Source: the human T2T-CHM13v2.0 reference genome, Homo sapiens. From it: a stretch of 64,000 nucleotides of DNA. The stretch is from the NCBI RefSeq assembly GCF_009914755.1, contig NC_060929.1; one strand, 5' to 3'. Under the pieces are notes generated by a model, which worked only from the letters and a program-made list of their open reading frames with translations, was not told where the DNA came from and did not search any database. Numbering within the stretch: position 1 is the stretch's first letter; each line of letters begins with the position of its first letter. Made by a program: the position numbers and the translations under genes. Shown here in pieces: positions 42,195-57,612 of this stretch.

Positions 42195-43823
42195 ACTGCC
42201 TTATAGAACTGCTGGGAAGATTAAATGAGATAATGTCCAGAAAATGCTTATGTCAGAGCCTGGCACATGTTAAGTTCCCACGTTGCAACTGCTCTGTCCT
42301 GACGTCTGGGATAGAGCTTGTCCGATGGCACTGCGAGCCTTGCGTGTTCTCCCCTCTGTGGTTCCACTCGTGCTATCTCATGCCCCCACGCATGGCACAC
42401 TTGCATGGCATATCCAGCAACACATTCTGGGTATCCCACAATCTCTGACTTGCGAGTCAAGCAAGTGCTTCGCAATGAAAATGCCCTAAGTGATATTATC
42501 ATGGGGAAATTGTTCGAAGTCTTAAAGTGATCACTTGAAAGCTCCAGGACTATCCTAAGAGGTTGCTCATGACTGATGGCAGTGGACAACTGATGTCCAC
42601 ATCCAGCCCCACTGCTCCAGCCTTTCTTGGAGACCTTCTCCAGGCCCAGACCCTCTTTTCTCAGCTTCCTGAAGAGATCACAGTTCCTTCCCTCACTTTT
42701 CACCAGCATGTCTCAAGACTGGAGACAAGTCCTCTGTCACTGGTGATTTCTCCCTGGGTACTACTGCCCAGTGCCATGAGCACCAGCCTTGGGGGTAAGA
42801 TTGTTTTCTCAAAGCCCTAAAGTTGAAGGAAGACTTTCTTGTGTACCTAGCACTGTGCTCTTAGAAACAGAACTACAGAAAAATACAAGGTTTGGTCCTT
42901 GTCCTCAAGAAACTTAGGGTAGGCCAAAGGATCCAAGAAGCACTATTTATTGAATGAGAAGAATGGTGATTAACAAAATGGAATATTTATTGAGAATTTA
43001 CTACGCATCAAGTTTTTGCAAACTACTTTTTATGTGTGATGTTATCTAATCCTTACAGCTCTTCCAGCATCATCATCATCCTAGTTTCTCAGACCTCTGA
43101 AATATCAAGAGGTCAGGGAGCATGCCTGGGTTACACAGCTAGCCAGCAACAGCAGGATTCATCCCAGGCCATCTGATCCCAGCCCCACACTCAGCTACTA
43201 AGCTCTACTCCTTCCAGCACTAGCCCACCCCCCCAGGGGCTCCTAGTTGAGCAATCAAAACAAAACATGGGTATAAGGAACAGAATTCCAGAAAAACTGC
43301 AATGAGCAAAATACACCAGGAAATAGTTAGTGATGGAGGGAACACGAGGTGCTGACAATATCATACAGGGCCAAATTGTGAGACTGAGGCACTTCTGGGA
43401 AGAATGGGGACTCCTTTTCCACTCTTGCCAGCAGCTAGTAACCCCTTCCATCCCTGCCAAAACAGAATGCCGCTGAAGAATGCTACAAGAGAAAGCAATC
43501 TATCTGCCAGCATCCCAGGAACCTGTTCTGTGCCAGATACCCTCGCGAGCAAATATTGATATATTAACCGCAGCTCAGACACTGTAAGTGCAGCTAACAT
43601 GCCTCAGTAGGGAGGGGCGGGCTGGCCTGCTGCCACCTCTCCAAGGCCTTCATCACAGCCAGAAATGGGTCCTTCTTCCTGGTGGAGGAATCTCTGCAGG
43701 GCCCTAGAACCAAGGCTGACTGGGGAGCAAGAGTCCAGGGAATACTAAAATAAAGTCCTGACGGTGGGCAAGTGGCACAGGCAGCTGGAGATGGGGCGAA
43801 GGTGTGCTCACAAAGAGCTCCGG

Positions 43824-44152
<329 letters not shown>

Positions 44153-44159
44153 CGCAGGC

Positions 44160-44452
44160 GGTCAGGCACGGTGGCTCACATCCACCTGTAATCCTTAAAC
44201 TTTGGGAGCCTGAGGCAGAGGATCACTTGAGGCCAGGAGTCTGAGACCAGCCTGGACTACATAGTGAGACCCTGTGTCTACAAAGAGAGAAAAAAGTAGC
44301 TGGGCATGGCTGTGTGCCTGTAGCCCCAACCTCTCAGGAGGCTGAGGGGAGAATCTCTTGAGTCCAGAAGGTCTAGGCTGCAGTGAGCCATGATCACGCC
44401 GTCGCATTCCAATGTGGGTCACAGAGTGAGAGACCCTCTCTCAAAAAAGAAT
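44160..44452 (+). mobile_element. AluJ
   Basis: gaggatcacttgaggccaggag, ctgcagtgagccatgatcacgcc. Confidence 0.88.
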
Positions 44453-45098
44453 AATGCAGGCCAAAGTTTAGACCAACCATACCCCTCTCCCATTCAAAAC
44501 CTCAGTGGTTCCTCACTGCCTTCTAAATTAAATATAAAACTCTTTAAATCTGGCCATCACCCTACAGTAGAACCCTACCCTTGAATCCAATCTCCATCTT
44601 GTCATCTTCATGCCCTATGCAAACTAATCCTCTTGTCATATCCAAAACAATTCCTTTTCACAATGCGATAAACTCAACTTACGTTTTTTCCTTTCTTTTT
44701 GCTCCCATATTGATCAGAATCTGACCTATCCTTCAAGACTCAGCTCGATGCTACCTGTTCCAAGAAGATTTCACTATTCCCTTTGCTTTGGGGATCCTTT
44801 CTCCCTCAAAATAGAATAGAAATAGAATTAGGTCTACCCCGACATGACCCCCAAATCATGGAACTATACACAAAGACATACTGACTACGACATCACCCCA
44901 CAAATAAACAAAAACAAAAGGAAACTTAAAGCAAATCCACTGCAACAAAGCTGATTTTAGGATCTTAATTCTGCCTCTTTCCTTGCCACCTCCCCATCTT
45001 TGAAAAGGTTTTGTCCAGGCCTGAGACCTCAGAGACTGTAAGATTTTTTTTTGTTGTTTGTTTTGTTTTTTTTTTTGTTTTTTGATAAAGTCAGGTCA

Positions 45099-45408
<310 letters not shown>

Positions 45409-45409
45409 T

Positions 45410-45770
<361 letters not shown>

Positions 45771-46809
45771 TCATGAGGGTGCATAATTCCACGGTGATTT
45801 CCCATCCATTGCACATTCACTGTGAATAGAAGCTAAAACTTAACCAGTTAACTTTATTTATACTCTGGATGGAGCCTTCTCTTTTAATAAAACAGAATCC
45901 GTTAAGGATTATAAACAAACAGTGTTTTATGAACTAAAACTGCAGTGCACTAGTCACTCAAGGGTAAAAACAGGGCTCTGGGTAGCTCAGCCAGCTATAA
46001 ATAAAGATAAGGCCCTGCCAAGCAGGGACTTGGGCAGAGTAATTGCTGACTCCATAATCAGCTTCTCTCGTCTTCCTTCAGGCCCACAAATCACTCAGGT
46101 GTTGGGTCACTGCCCACTGGATTCAGCCCAGAGACACAGTGAAATAGCAAAGCAGTTCATTAGCTCTAAGACTGAGAGTATAAACTGGGACTCCTGGAAT
46201 GACTAGGTTCCAAGTCAAACTATGGTGCGCCACCCCTGGCACTTGCATGGCTGGCCAAGCTGGGTCAACAGAACCCATAGGGTGAGCCTGTGCTACACTC
46301 TGGACATAAGCCCTAACTGGGGGATTTCACTAATGTTCATGTCTCTGCTAAACTTTGCCACCCTCTATGGGAAAACCTGCTCCTACCCCCACACCTACTC
46401 CTCACTCCAACCATGAGGTGGAGACTGTCAATAGCTCCAACTCAGGTCTTGGCCACAGTAATTGGTCCACGTGATAGGCATGTACTCCAAGCTGAGTCAA
46501 TAATCTGTGATGGAGATTGTTCAAATTGGAGCTGGAAGAGAATGTTTCTTTCCAGGTTGGTCAGTAATAAAAGAATATATCTTTGGAGCTGCCAGAGGCC
46601 ACCTTTCTTGCTATGTGAAGGGAGCCCATCTGCCCCAGGGAGAATGATGCTGAGATGCAAAAGGAAGCAGATAGGAAAGGAGGGTGGATCCTAATAGCCA
46701 GTAAGTCCCTATTTTTAATGTAAGTTGTGTCTCTGCCACTTTAACCCAAATAAACCTTATTAATACTATCTTCAGCTGAAAAGCAGATTATGAAACATTT
46801 AGCAAGTAT

Positions 46810-47110
46810 ATCATCATTAACTGAGCACCTACTAGGTGCCAGATACTGTACCATGCCATTCAGTAATAACAATGTAATTGTTGTTACTATTTATTCTGGA
46901 TTTACAGTTTGCTAAGGGCATTCCATGGAATGTCATTTAATCCAAACACCACCAATAGATAGACAGTCTCACCTTCCTTTTGAAGATGTAGAAACTGATT
47001 CTTAAAGAGGTTAAATACCATCATCAAGTTATGTGGCTAAAGGTTAGTACAGCTAGGATATAAACTCAATCTGACACCAAAGTCGATGCCCTAACCCTCA
47101 CACTACATTG
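46810..47110 (-). mobile_element. L2 end + MIR
   Basis: tgagcacctactaggtgccag; tcatttaatcc...gaaactgattcttaaagaggttaaat. Confidence 0.6.
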
Positions 47111-47157
47111 CTGCAGTATGATTTCAACTTTGTTTGCATAAATAGTATGTATGCATT

Positions 47158-47454
47158 GGCCGGGTGCAGTGGCTCATACCTGTAATCCCAGCACTTCGGG
47201 AGGCCGAGGTGGGTGGATGACCTGAGGTCAGGAGTTCAAGACCAGCCCAGCCAACATGGCGAAAACCCGTCTCTACTAAAAAATACAAAAAATTAGTCGG
47301 GCATTGTGGTGCATGCCTGTAATCCCATCTACTCAGGAGGCTGAGGCCCGAGAATCACTTGAACCTGGGAGGTGGAACTGCAGTGAGCCGAGATCGTGCC
47401 ATTGCACTCCAGCCTGGGTGACAGAGCCAGAAAACGAAAAAAAACAACAAAAAC
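47158..47454 (+). mobile_element. AluSx-like
   Basis: Dimeric Alu; TSD agtatgtatgca. Confidence 0.92.
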
Positions 47455-47789
47455 AGTATGTATGCACATGTGTGTGTGATGCATGCATTAATATATATCA
47501 GGGAGAGAGAAAGTGAGAGAGCACTCACAATGGGCAGAGTCACATGGCTCCATGGCAAAAAGTGGAGAGAAAATACAGAAATATCAAAGTAGAATGTCCT
47601 ATTCTCTCAGCTGCCAACAGTAAGTAGTGTGAGTTAAGGACTATGATTCCAGCTTTGACTCTCCACTGTAAGAGAAAAGCAAGGTGCATAGTAGAATCTC
47701 CATGGTGTAGATGAGACAAGGGAATACCATTTTTATTTTATGGATGGGAAAAATGAGGGCCATTATGGTATCTCTGCTTCTTCCCATTG

Positions 47790-48220
47790 TCTTGTGACAC
47801 TCACCTCGCCCAGCTCTGTGCCCTTTATTTTCCATTCTTTGAAGGTCACACTCGTTCCTGTCTTGGGGTCCTTGTACATGTTCTTCCCTAGGAGCAGAAT
47901 GCTCCTTCCCTCCCATGTTTACCTTGCTGAGTTCCACTCCCGATCTCGGCCCCCAAGTCCCTTTGTCGGGGCCATCTTTCCTCATTACTGTCATGGCCCC
48001 TGCTTTACGTTCCCATAGTCTCTGTACTTTTCCTTTTGCAAATGTTTCACTGCTTCTAATTATTTATTTGGGTTATTGCTTCATTAACATCCGGCTCTCC
48101 CACCTGAGTATAAACTCTTAAAGGCATGGAACATGCTTGTCATCCTCACCATTTCATCCCAAGTATCTAGCACAGCGTCTAGATGCTCTCAATAAATGTT
48201 TGACAAGTAAGTGAATGATG
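47790..48220 (+). mobile_element. L2 3' end
   Basis: tatctagcacagcgtctagatgctctcaataaatgtttgacaagtaagtgaatga. Confidence 0.7.
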
Positions 48221-49378
48221 GAAGGTGTGTTTAGAATGACACTGAAATAAAAAGTGCCCCTAACATGTGAATCCTCAGGAAGGGTCTGGTCTCTTTGGGA
48301 AGCCATGTCCACCACCCAAGGCCCTGGGCCACTGAGCTCAGTCCAGGCCTTCGGGCTGACTTCTATGGCAGGAGAATGCCCAATGGCCAAGACCTCAAAA
48401 CCCAAGACCCGCAAGACGCAAAGTCCTGCAACCTGGGCAGAAAAAGACGGGCTTTGTCCTAAGCCCTACCCTGCAACAGCAGTTACGAATTGAGAAAAGA
48501 AGTAGCAAGACGGAAAATGTTGCCTGCCTGGGACGATGCATGCTCCTTCCCTCCCACCTTCCTTAATCTGCCAGGGAGCACCTTTTACATCCAGCCTGAT
48601 TATGTTTAACCATGGGCTTTTTGTCTTCACCTTATAATTACCGCCGTTTTAAACCAAGGCACAAAATTAATTGCCCCTTAATGAAGGAGGGTAGCAATTA
48701 AGGGCAGCGAACCTTGTGAGGAAGGAGAAACACACATTTGTTCAAGGTGCATCATCAGAAGCCCGACTTTGGAGGCATCGTCATTATGGTTGTAATTATT
48801 TTCCAAGGCTGCGTGACACCTCCTTAGACCTGACCAGAATTGCCGGGCTCTGGAGAAACCCATTGTTTCTTCAGAGTTAATTAGAGTCCAATTTGGAGCT
48901 TCCTGTCTCCTGGACTACAGAGGAAACACAATTTATTATTGCTCGATGCCCACTAGGTCTGCTGAGGACAGGGGCCTTTCCGGTAGAGACATTGCAGGGC
49001 GTGTCAGTTTCTTCCCAGGTCAATGTTGCTTCTAAGGTATACATGTGCAGATGCTAGAGATGCCCAAAGCTGCAGGCAAAGCCCACAGACCTCCACTTAA
49101 TGAGGCTCTCCATGTAAAAGGAAGCACACCTATGTTATTAGCCTTCTAGTAAATCAGCTACAATTAACTTCTTTATAGCTAAGGGGCCCAGCCACATACA
49201 TTGGGCTCCTTGTCACCCGTTAACAGAGCTAATGACCTCAGATGGCTAAGAAACAGAGAGGGATGCTCTGTATGGATAAAACTGCATACTCATACATGCA
49301 GAGTAATAACCTATTCCTGCCAGCTTCTGGGCTCTGGAATAATGCTCAAGTCTCAAAGCTGAAGATGATAACATATCA

Positions 49379-49705
<327 letters not shown>

Positions 49706-50489
49706 CTAACACATACTGAGATCCTATCACATGTGAGGCACTTTTGATTCTTACAAGAACCTCATGAGGAATGTATTACGAATATCTCTCCATTTTACAG
49801 TACTGAGAAGAAACTGAGGCACGGATAGGTTGAGTCACTTCTCTAAGGATATGCAATTAATAAGTGGCAAAACAAGAATTCAAACCCAGGCAGCCAGGCT
49901 GCAAGGTATTTGTTCTTAACCGCAAAACGTATTCCCTCTTAAGCACAGGCTGGTGATGTTGCAAAATAATACATGACGCAGTGTTTGGCCCATGTTCCTG
50001 CTAACCAATGGCGGTTTTCTCTTTCAAACGAGGGAATCTACTGCCCTGACGGAGCCTGATGCCTCCCGGGATTCCATCAGCTGCAGGGCTTTCATCACTT
50101 CATTTCCCCTGGTTCTGGTTTGATGACAATGGCTTGAAGTTCAAGGCCCTTCACAAGCCAGCTGGCTCTAGCCATCCCTTCTGACCTCCACACCCCCTTC
50201 TCTGTTATCCACCTGCTCAGATCACCCGGCTCCTCCTGCCTCCACTGCTACCTGCACACCTCTCACCCACCAGGATGCTCTCCCTGCTTCTCTAAGCTCT
50301 TCCAAACCCAAGTCACACCCCCAGTTGACACCTGTGCCAAACACCCAGCTCACAGAGCCCCCCTTCTTCCTTCAAACCAATATAATCCTGAGGGCTTTTA
50401 GGCCTCACCTTGCACATATATTTGCCTAGCTGATATTTACAAGTACATTTTTAAATGCAGGGTACCAACCCATTATCTTTTTATGCAGC

Positions 50490-50690
50490 AGAATGCTGGA
50501 GCTGCCACTTACTAGCTGTGTGAACTTGGACAAGTTGCTTAGCTTCTATGTGCCTTAAGTTTCCTCATCTGTAGCATGGAGATAGTGATTGTGCCTATCT
50601 CACAGTGTGGTCTGCAGTTAATACAAGAAAACTACTTAGCCTAGTGTCTGGCTCATAGTAAGTGCTTGCTAAATGTCAATTGTTATTGTC
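50490..50690 (+). mobile_element. MIR SINE
   Basis: ctgccactttactagctgtgtgaacttggacaagttgctt...tttcctcatctgtag. Confidence 0.8.
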
Positions 50691-50907
50691 TGTCATACTG
50701 GATTGATAGCTCCTTGAAGATGCAACCATATCTGATACTCCTATGCAGCCCCCACAGTGGGTCCAGCACAGGGCTATTTCTGAGGCTAGATACATCTTTG
50801 GGTAGATACACCTTTCACCAAATTTGTTCCAGCCACACATCAGAAAAAAATGTCAGAGGGTCTGGCACATAGCAGGACTTTGACAAACACATAAATCCAT
50901 CTTTTAA

Positions 50908-51199
<292 letters not shown>

Positions 51200-52539
51200 A
51201 TAAATCAATATTTGATGGTGCTTTGTACATTACAGCACTATCCACGAGGTTAGGTGGTTTTATCCTTAGTATTGACTTGCAAGTATTTATCTTTCTATGG
51301 ACTGATCTGAGAGTTCTTGGCCCTCTGCCCCTTTCTCTCTAATCCAGCTGAAGAGGGCCAGGATGAGAGTATAGAGATACCAGGGGCCTCCTGCTTTTCA
51401 GTAGAGGGTGTCTGGTGCAACCTGCGCCAGCTGTCAAGTATCCCTGGGCCTTAGATGTCTAAGAAGTAAAACCCTCCTGATGTTGACTCTCTCAGTACCC
51501 CACCTACTGCCATGAAAACAGAGCTGTGTGCCTTTCCCTTTTCCTCCGTCTTCTCTCTGCCCCCTCCTTGGCTGGTGCCCTGTACGCCTGAAGCCAAAAA
51601 GGAAGCCCCCTTTTTTTCTTAGAGAAAGATTCCAAGAAGATTCGTTCCTGTCTGTTTTTGCAGGTCAGGGAAAGAAGATGAGGTGTGGGTTAGCCAGCTT
51701 TGGAAGTCAGCCATCATATCTCCACGTACCAGGTTCCAATCTCAGGTCCTCCTTCCATGCAGCTCCAAGTCCTTCCAGAGTAATCCAGGCCTCAGTCACT
51801 ATTGCTGCTTATGTTCAGGGTCAGAATTGTTCACGTTTGTTTTGATGCCACTGAAAAACCTCAGTGGATTTTGAAAAATGTAGATGGTCCCAGCAGCCAA
51901 TGCCGGGCCCGTATTTAACCAATTTAACTTTGCAAAATGCTCCAACTATACACATGCTTGGGCTGCTGCTCAGAGCTCTTTTTAAAAGGCCGAAGAGGAA
52001 ATAAAAATGAATGATGATGACAAAACGTCCACACGGGCAGAAAAAACAGAATAGCCTGAAAGCTCCAGGGCAGGAACTGACACAATTTAATTAACTATTT
52101 GGAATAAACATGTTTGGTGCTGCTAGCAGAGGTGTTTGTTTGCCTTCACAAAATCATGCTCTTAATAAGTCTGAGATTAAACCTTCTAGAGAGTAATTAA
52201 ATGCAACACCTTGACTTGAAATGTTAGGAATGGCCAAGCAGGCATAATATTTTCTTTGCACGTTGTTCTGTGGCTGTCGTCATCTCGCATAAACAATCCC
52301 TGACCTCGGTTATGTGTTGTATAAAAATTGTTACTAATTGTGATTTGGCATTGGTGCTCAGTATAAAATGTATATTCCTTAAATAATGTAATAAATGTTT
52401 AACAAGGAAACGGAGTGGATAAAATTTAAACAGTAGTGGAGCTGACACATTTAATTATATCCTAGAAGTCATAAACTGCTCTCCAAGACAAATCGGTGAT
52501 GTTTGTGACTAACAGTGTTACTTAAAAAAAAAAAAATCA

Positions 52540-52760
52540 CAATACCTGCCATTTATTGGAAAACCTTATCCCAGACGCTGTGCTCAGTGTACATCTACTA
52601 TTCACAGAAGTCCTTTAAAGCAGTATCGTTATTCCCATTTTATAGAGGAGAAAACAGAGACAGAAAGCCTGCATGACCCGCCAAAAGCTACAGAGCTATT
52701 AAGTGGAGGAAACTGAGATTTGAAAGCCAGATCTCCTTAACTCTAAATTCCATGGCCACA
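52540..52760 (-). mobile_element. MIR SINE
   Basis: attcccattttatagaggagaaaacagagac...gagatttgaaagccag. Confidence 0.75.
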
Positions 52761-54152
52761 AGCTAGTCCGATCTCCTAAAACAGAAGAAACACAGCCTGG
52801 GAAATTCTAATCACACACTAATTGCATGACAAATTAAGAGGAAATGACGCTAACAGATTTTATTTGATTGCTTATAGAAAGGCATTTTGTAGTCAATGAT
52901 TGTTTGGCGGTAAAATTATTGTAAATGGTCTTGTTAGAAAAAAAGATACAGCCTAAACTTATGAGAGAATACAACATGGGCTTTTTTTTTTTTTTCAACT
53001 TGTGGTAATTCTCCTTGATTAATTCCAGCTCTAAAATTCTGTTCCTGCATCTGCACTGCAGTCTGGCTCTTCACCTCTGAGGGCTCTGCAATGATTGACT
53101 TTTGACTTTTCAAATCCATCTGTAAGAGACCCAGACTCCAGAGACCCCTGGTACACCCTCTAGTGGCTATCAGCACAAGTCCACAGAATCAAAGAAACTG
53201 GGAGGGGAAAAGGGGCCACCGTTTACCTACTTTTGTGAACAGTGGTGAAAGTGAAGAGGAGGAAATTGATGTTCCACAGCTTGAAAGATCAAGGGCATGA
53301 ATAACGTAAAATGGTTTTTAAAATCTGGTTACACAAAAGTGTCCCGAACTAGGACGATCTGACAGCACACACTTGTGATCAAATTCCAACAGATTCTTCT
53401 CTCCCGAGTCAGGTGAGATGGTCAATGTTAGCTGGTCCTTACTTCAGCAGAATCTAAGCTCTAGCCACAGTGGATGTGATGGCATGAGATGGCTGCAGCA
53501 GGCTAGATGAGACCCCCTACTTTTGTTGACTTCCCTCTATGCCAGGAACTATGCCAAGTACTATTACTGCGTATCTCCTTTAATTCTCATTTGATCATTC
53601 CTGTTTTACAGATGAAGACATCGAGGTTCTGGAAGATAAAATAACTTGCCCACCATCACGTGGCCAGTGTGTGGGATTTCAACCCTGGACGTTAGATGCC
53701 AAAACCAGGCTCTTCACACCATTACATTTTGATGGGCAATTGGATATTATAAATATGCCTTATATGAGCAACAAATCAACAAATAATTAGTTTCTGTTTT
53801 ATGAAGACCTCTGCAAATTAGCAAGAGTTTTTCTGAATCTGCTCCCCGCTCCAACCCCTAATATCCTGTTGTAGTCCAGATCTCTAAGTTAATTACTATA
53901 CCAGGCACTTCACGGCAGAGAAAAACATCACAGATGCCTTGTGTGCTTGCCATGATCTGGTCTAGGCCAGGACCACAAATGGCTAATGAGGTTAAATACA
54001 AAATAAGATAAGGATAAAGCTGTGAGGCTGTGCAGGTTCTCTGAGACATGCAGAACACTTGGGCCTAAACAAAGGTCTAACTAAGGAAGAAAAAATGGTC
54101 TCTGTCCCAGACTGGGATCGAGGAACAATTTCCCATCCCATTCTATTTCACT

Positions 54153-54186
<34 letters not shown>
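54153..54186. repeat. (CA)n microsatellite
   Basis: cacatacacacaca... Confidence 0.9.
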
Positions 54187-54189
<3 letters not shown>

Positions 54190-55459
54190 ACCTCACATAG
54201 GGATGTACAAACTTTGAATGGAGTAATGGAGCAGTAATGTCTGTTTTAATCGCCCTGGCCCCTCTTTGCCTTATGGAGGCACCAGGATGAAGGAGGTGAA
54301 AGGCTGACTTAAGAGTCAGGTAAACTACCTCCTGCTGTGTTTTAATACTAATGCATTGTGACCTTGAACAAGACCTTGAACAAGAGTTCACATCTGCATA
54401 AGAGAGGTCTTATCTACTGGTCTCCAAAGGATCTGGGGATATGGAGCAGGATCCAGCCATCACCCTGTAAATTACCTGCCATTCTTAAAAACCCACCCTT
54501 ACACGTAGCTTGGGAATCAGCAATCTGATTTCATGCGGGAGATGCTGGAAACATCTGCTGAAATTAATTCTCCAGTAATTTGGAAAGATCAAAACTCAAA
54601 CCTTTTCTGACCCTAAGAAAGAGGGTCCTAAGCTCCCTACAGCTGGACTTCCAGATAAGAAGGATCTAGTAGTGAGGAAAAAAAAACTCTAAAAATACAA
54701 TTTGGGACTTGGGACCCAGGTGGCAGTTCAGGAATCAGGGCTGGAACACAGAAGAGAAGTGAAAGGGACACCAGGATCGACGTTTGAAACAGAAGCAGTG
54801 ACCACCCCCTGCTTCCCACTGAGCAAGTGATTCCTTGCCTTGCCTTGACCATCTCTCTCTCAGCACAGCAGGTGGCCCTTTCATTAAATGCATCATTTGC
54901 AGCCCATTGCCGCCTGGGAGTGTATTTCCCTCTACCCTGAGTGGTCCTGCTTCCCCTTTTATAGGGATCAAACCTCCTGCCCTCATTTCTGAGACTTCCC
55001 TGAGCTCCATCCATAGTACCACTGCGACTGGGTTCTAATGGCCTATCACACTGAAAGCAGAATACTCCAAAGAGCTCACTCACTTTAAAAGCCAGCCTGG
55101 AATAACAGCTTTGGCAGGAAGAAAAACCAATGCTGGGACAGCCCTCCTGTAAGGGACCAAAATGAGCTTCCTTGAGAGTACACAAGAAAGAATTTGAGTA
55201 CTTTGTCAGCCCTGGGAGAAGACATGCTGGCTGCCTGTTCACTTGGCATCAATGTCATCTTTCTTGGAAACTTTATTTAGTGAGATGACTTGGCCATTTG
55301 CTACTAACTTCCCAGGCTTGTGATGAGAGCAAGCCAGAGAGCCCAGCCCTGTAAAGTACTAGGGTCGGCTCCTTTTAGCCTCTGAAAGGCCTGCCTTCCT
55401 CATCGAGTAAGTGGGCACATCCCTCAGTGGTCAGGAAAAGATAGAGAAAGAGGCAGAAG

Positions 55460-55710
55460 AGCAAACTGGTGAAGGCTTTGGAGATGCTAGATCTGACTTC
55501 AAATCCTGCCCCTGCCTCTTACAAGCTGAGCAACCCTATTCAATCATTCTGCCTTAGTTTCCCACCTATGAAATGAGGATGATCAGAGCACCTGTCTCAA
55601 GGTGTTGTTTGAAAAGCAAATAGAATAAAGCCTGTGCAACACTTAGCACAAAATGAGATCTCAATACTTGCTGTTGACATCCTCATCATTATTAGTTTTG
55701 TTATTATTGC
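55460..55710 (+). mobile_element. MIR SINE
   Basis: ttcaaatcctgcccctgcc...tgccttagtttcccacctatgaaatgaggat. Confidence 0.7.
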
Positions 55711-57612
55711 TGAAAGGTTAGTAGATGAATGTTTCCTTGACCAGGCAACACTGGACCCAGAGAGGTCATGTGATTATGGTACAAAGAGCCCCAGGTTTGA
55801 AGTCAGGGGGCCTTGGCTCAAATGCTTGCTCTGTAACTTCCAGGAAAACCACAGCACACACAAATTTAAATTGAGCAAATTCAACTATGTGCATTTCTCA
55901 CAAAGAAGAAAGAGAAAGTCAACAACTGAAATGGTCACCTGCCACATCACTCAGAAAGCAAATACCTGCAGTGAGCGTGGAAGGGGAGACTCGAACCTGC
56001 TGATCCCTCAGCTTCTGCAGGTGTCCCGCGTGCATGCATCTCAGCAGGCTGAGTATTAAGAAACTTGACCTCTAAATGTAAGTCACCTGAATTTGGCTGG
56101 TAGTCCACTGAAGGAACTAATCTCTTCCAGCTCTTCGGGGGCAAAGTGTCTGGGCACCGCCTCGTGGGGATGACTTGCAGCATTTTGCGGGGTAATTTTG
56201 ACCACGTGTACCTTTTTTGGCTTACAGGTGAGTATATGGGCTGAGAGTCTACTCTAGAGCTGTGTGGGCGTGGCACATGGTGAACGTCAAGATCCTTATC
56301 AGAAAAGTGGAAGACAGCAGGCCTGCCCAGTGTATCCAGTACCATCAGTGATAGAAAATCTATCCATGTGTTTTGTAAACCATACTCAGAAATATAGGGA
56401 ATAATTATTTCCTTCCCTGACACTGTGAGTGTCCTAGTTTCAGACTCAGAGTGTGAGGGGCTGTAATGACACCTACCCCGGTATGTCACATTCCCAGAGC
56501 TTAAGAACAGGCACTCCCACCTGGACCCAAGGAAGCAGCCAAAGGGGGCTTCCCCCAAATTAGGTATAGCCTGGTTTCGCTGTGAGTCATTCTCAGCTCT
56601 ACGGTCTCCAGAAAGGTGGCACTTTCCCTTTTTCAGGTTAAAAGCATTCTAAAAATACCTTCAGAAGGCTCTGAATGTCCCCATAGTCATCCCTGCTCTG
56701 ATTTCAATCCAGTTCACATTTCCCATAGTGTGTGTCTGGATAAGACATCACTTCGGCTGACGTGGGCCAGGTTCAGAATGCACAGCAGGATACTGACAAG
56801 TCGCCTCAAATCAAGCTATGTCGCCCACCCCTCACTCCATTTGGGCCAATGGGGAGGGGAGGAGGAATCCTCAGCCCCACCCCACCCCCACCCGCTACTT
56901 TGACTTAGCTAAATTCCCAATTATTTGGCAAATGGACAAGTAACGATTTTCTCTCCCTGAACAACCCTTGAAATTCACAACTGCCATGTGCACTCTTCAG
57001 GCTTCACACAGCAATGGAAAGCATATTGGGCAGCTTTCAGGTGCTTTTGCAGAATTCAAATTCTTTTAACAAATATTACAACCTGTAAACTGTGGCAGTG
57101 GACTGTATTTTATTTGAGCAGCAAAGTGGTATTGCAAAACCCAAGTTTGCTGTCTTACTCTCTCTACAAACAGACTGTCAGACAATACTCAGATCCTTGG
57201 CTTTTCTTAAATATGCAGGCCTGCGTTTTATCTTTGGCTCTAGGACAGGCTGAACGTCAGGCACAGGCTGCTAGTAGTCTGCCTGAAGGGCTTGTCCTAA
57301 ATCAGCACAAGAAGTTAATTATCTCTTGGGCAGAGGGGATGTTGGGATTTCTGCCTTGCAGGCCAGGACTCCCCAACATGAATGTTGCTTTGACTCTGAT
57401 TCTAACCCTTTCCTTTTAGCTCAACTTTTGCCTTCAGTGTGGAGTCTCTCCTTGAACTCTAGTTCTGGTTATTGGCTGCAGATGTCTTCCTTCGGCCAGA
57501 CTCCATCAAGGTGAACTACTTGGCCCCTTAGTTCAAGTTCATGCATGGGGTCCTACTCTGAACCCCAGCCACCCAGCTGTAACCTTGACAGACTCCCTTG
57601 ATGCTCCCAGCC

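Noticed and set aside
54360-54384. 12-bp tandem duplication gaccttgaacaa; similar small duplications at ~11797-11831 and ~58316-58352
   Set aside because: Ordinary slippage indels within MIR/L2 remnants
54637-56558. Longest ORFs in the track (201 and 203 aa, minus strand)
   Set aside because: Non-ATG starts, random-looking composition, no motif or exon structure
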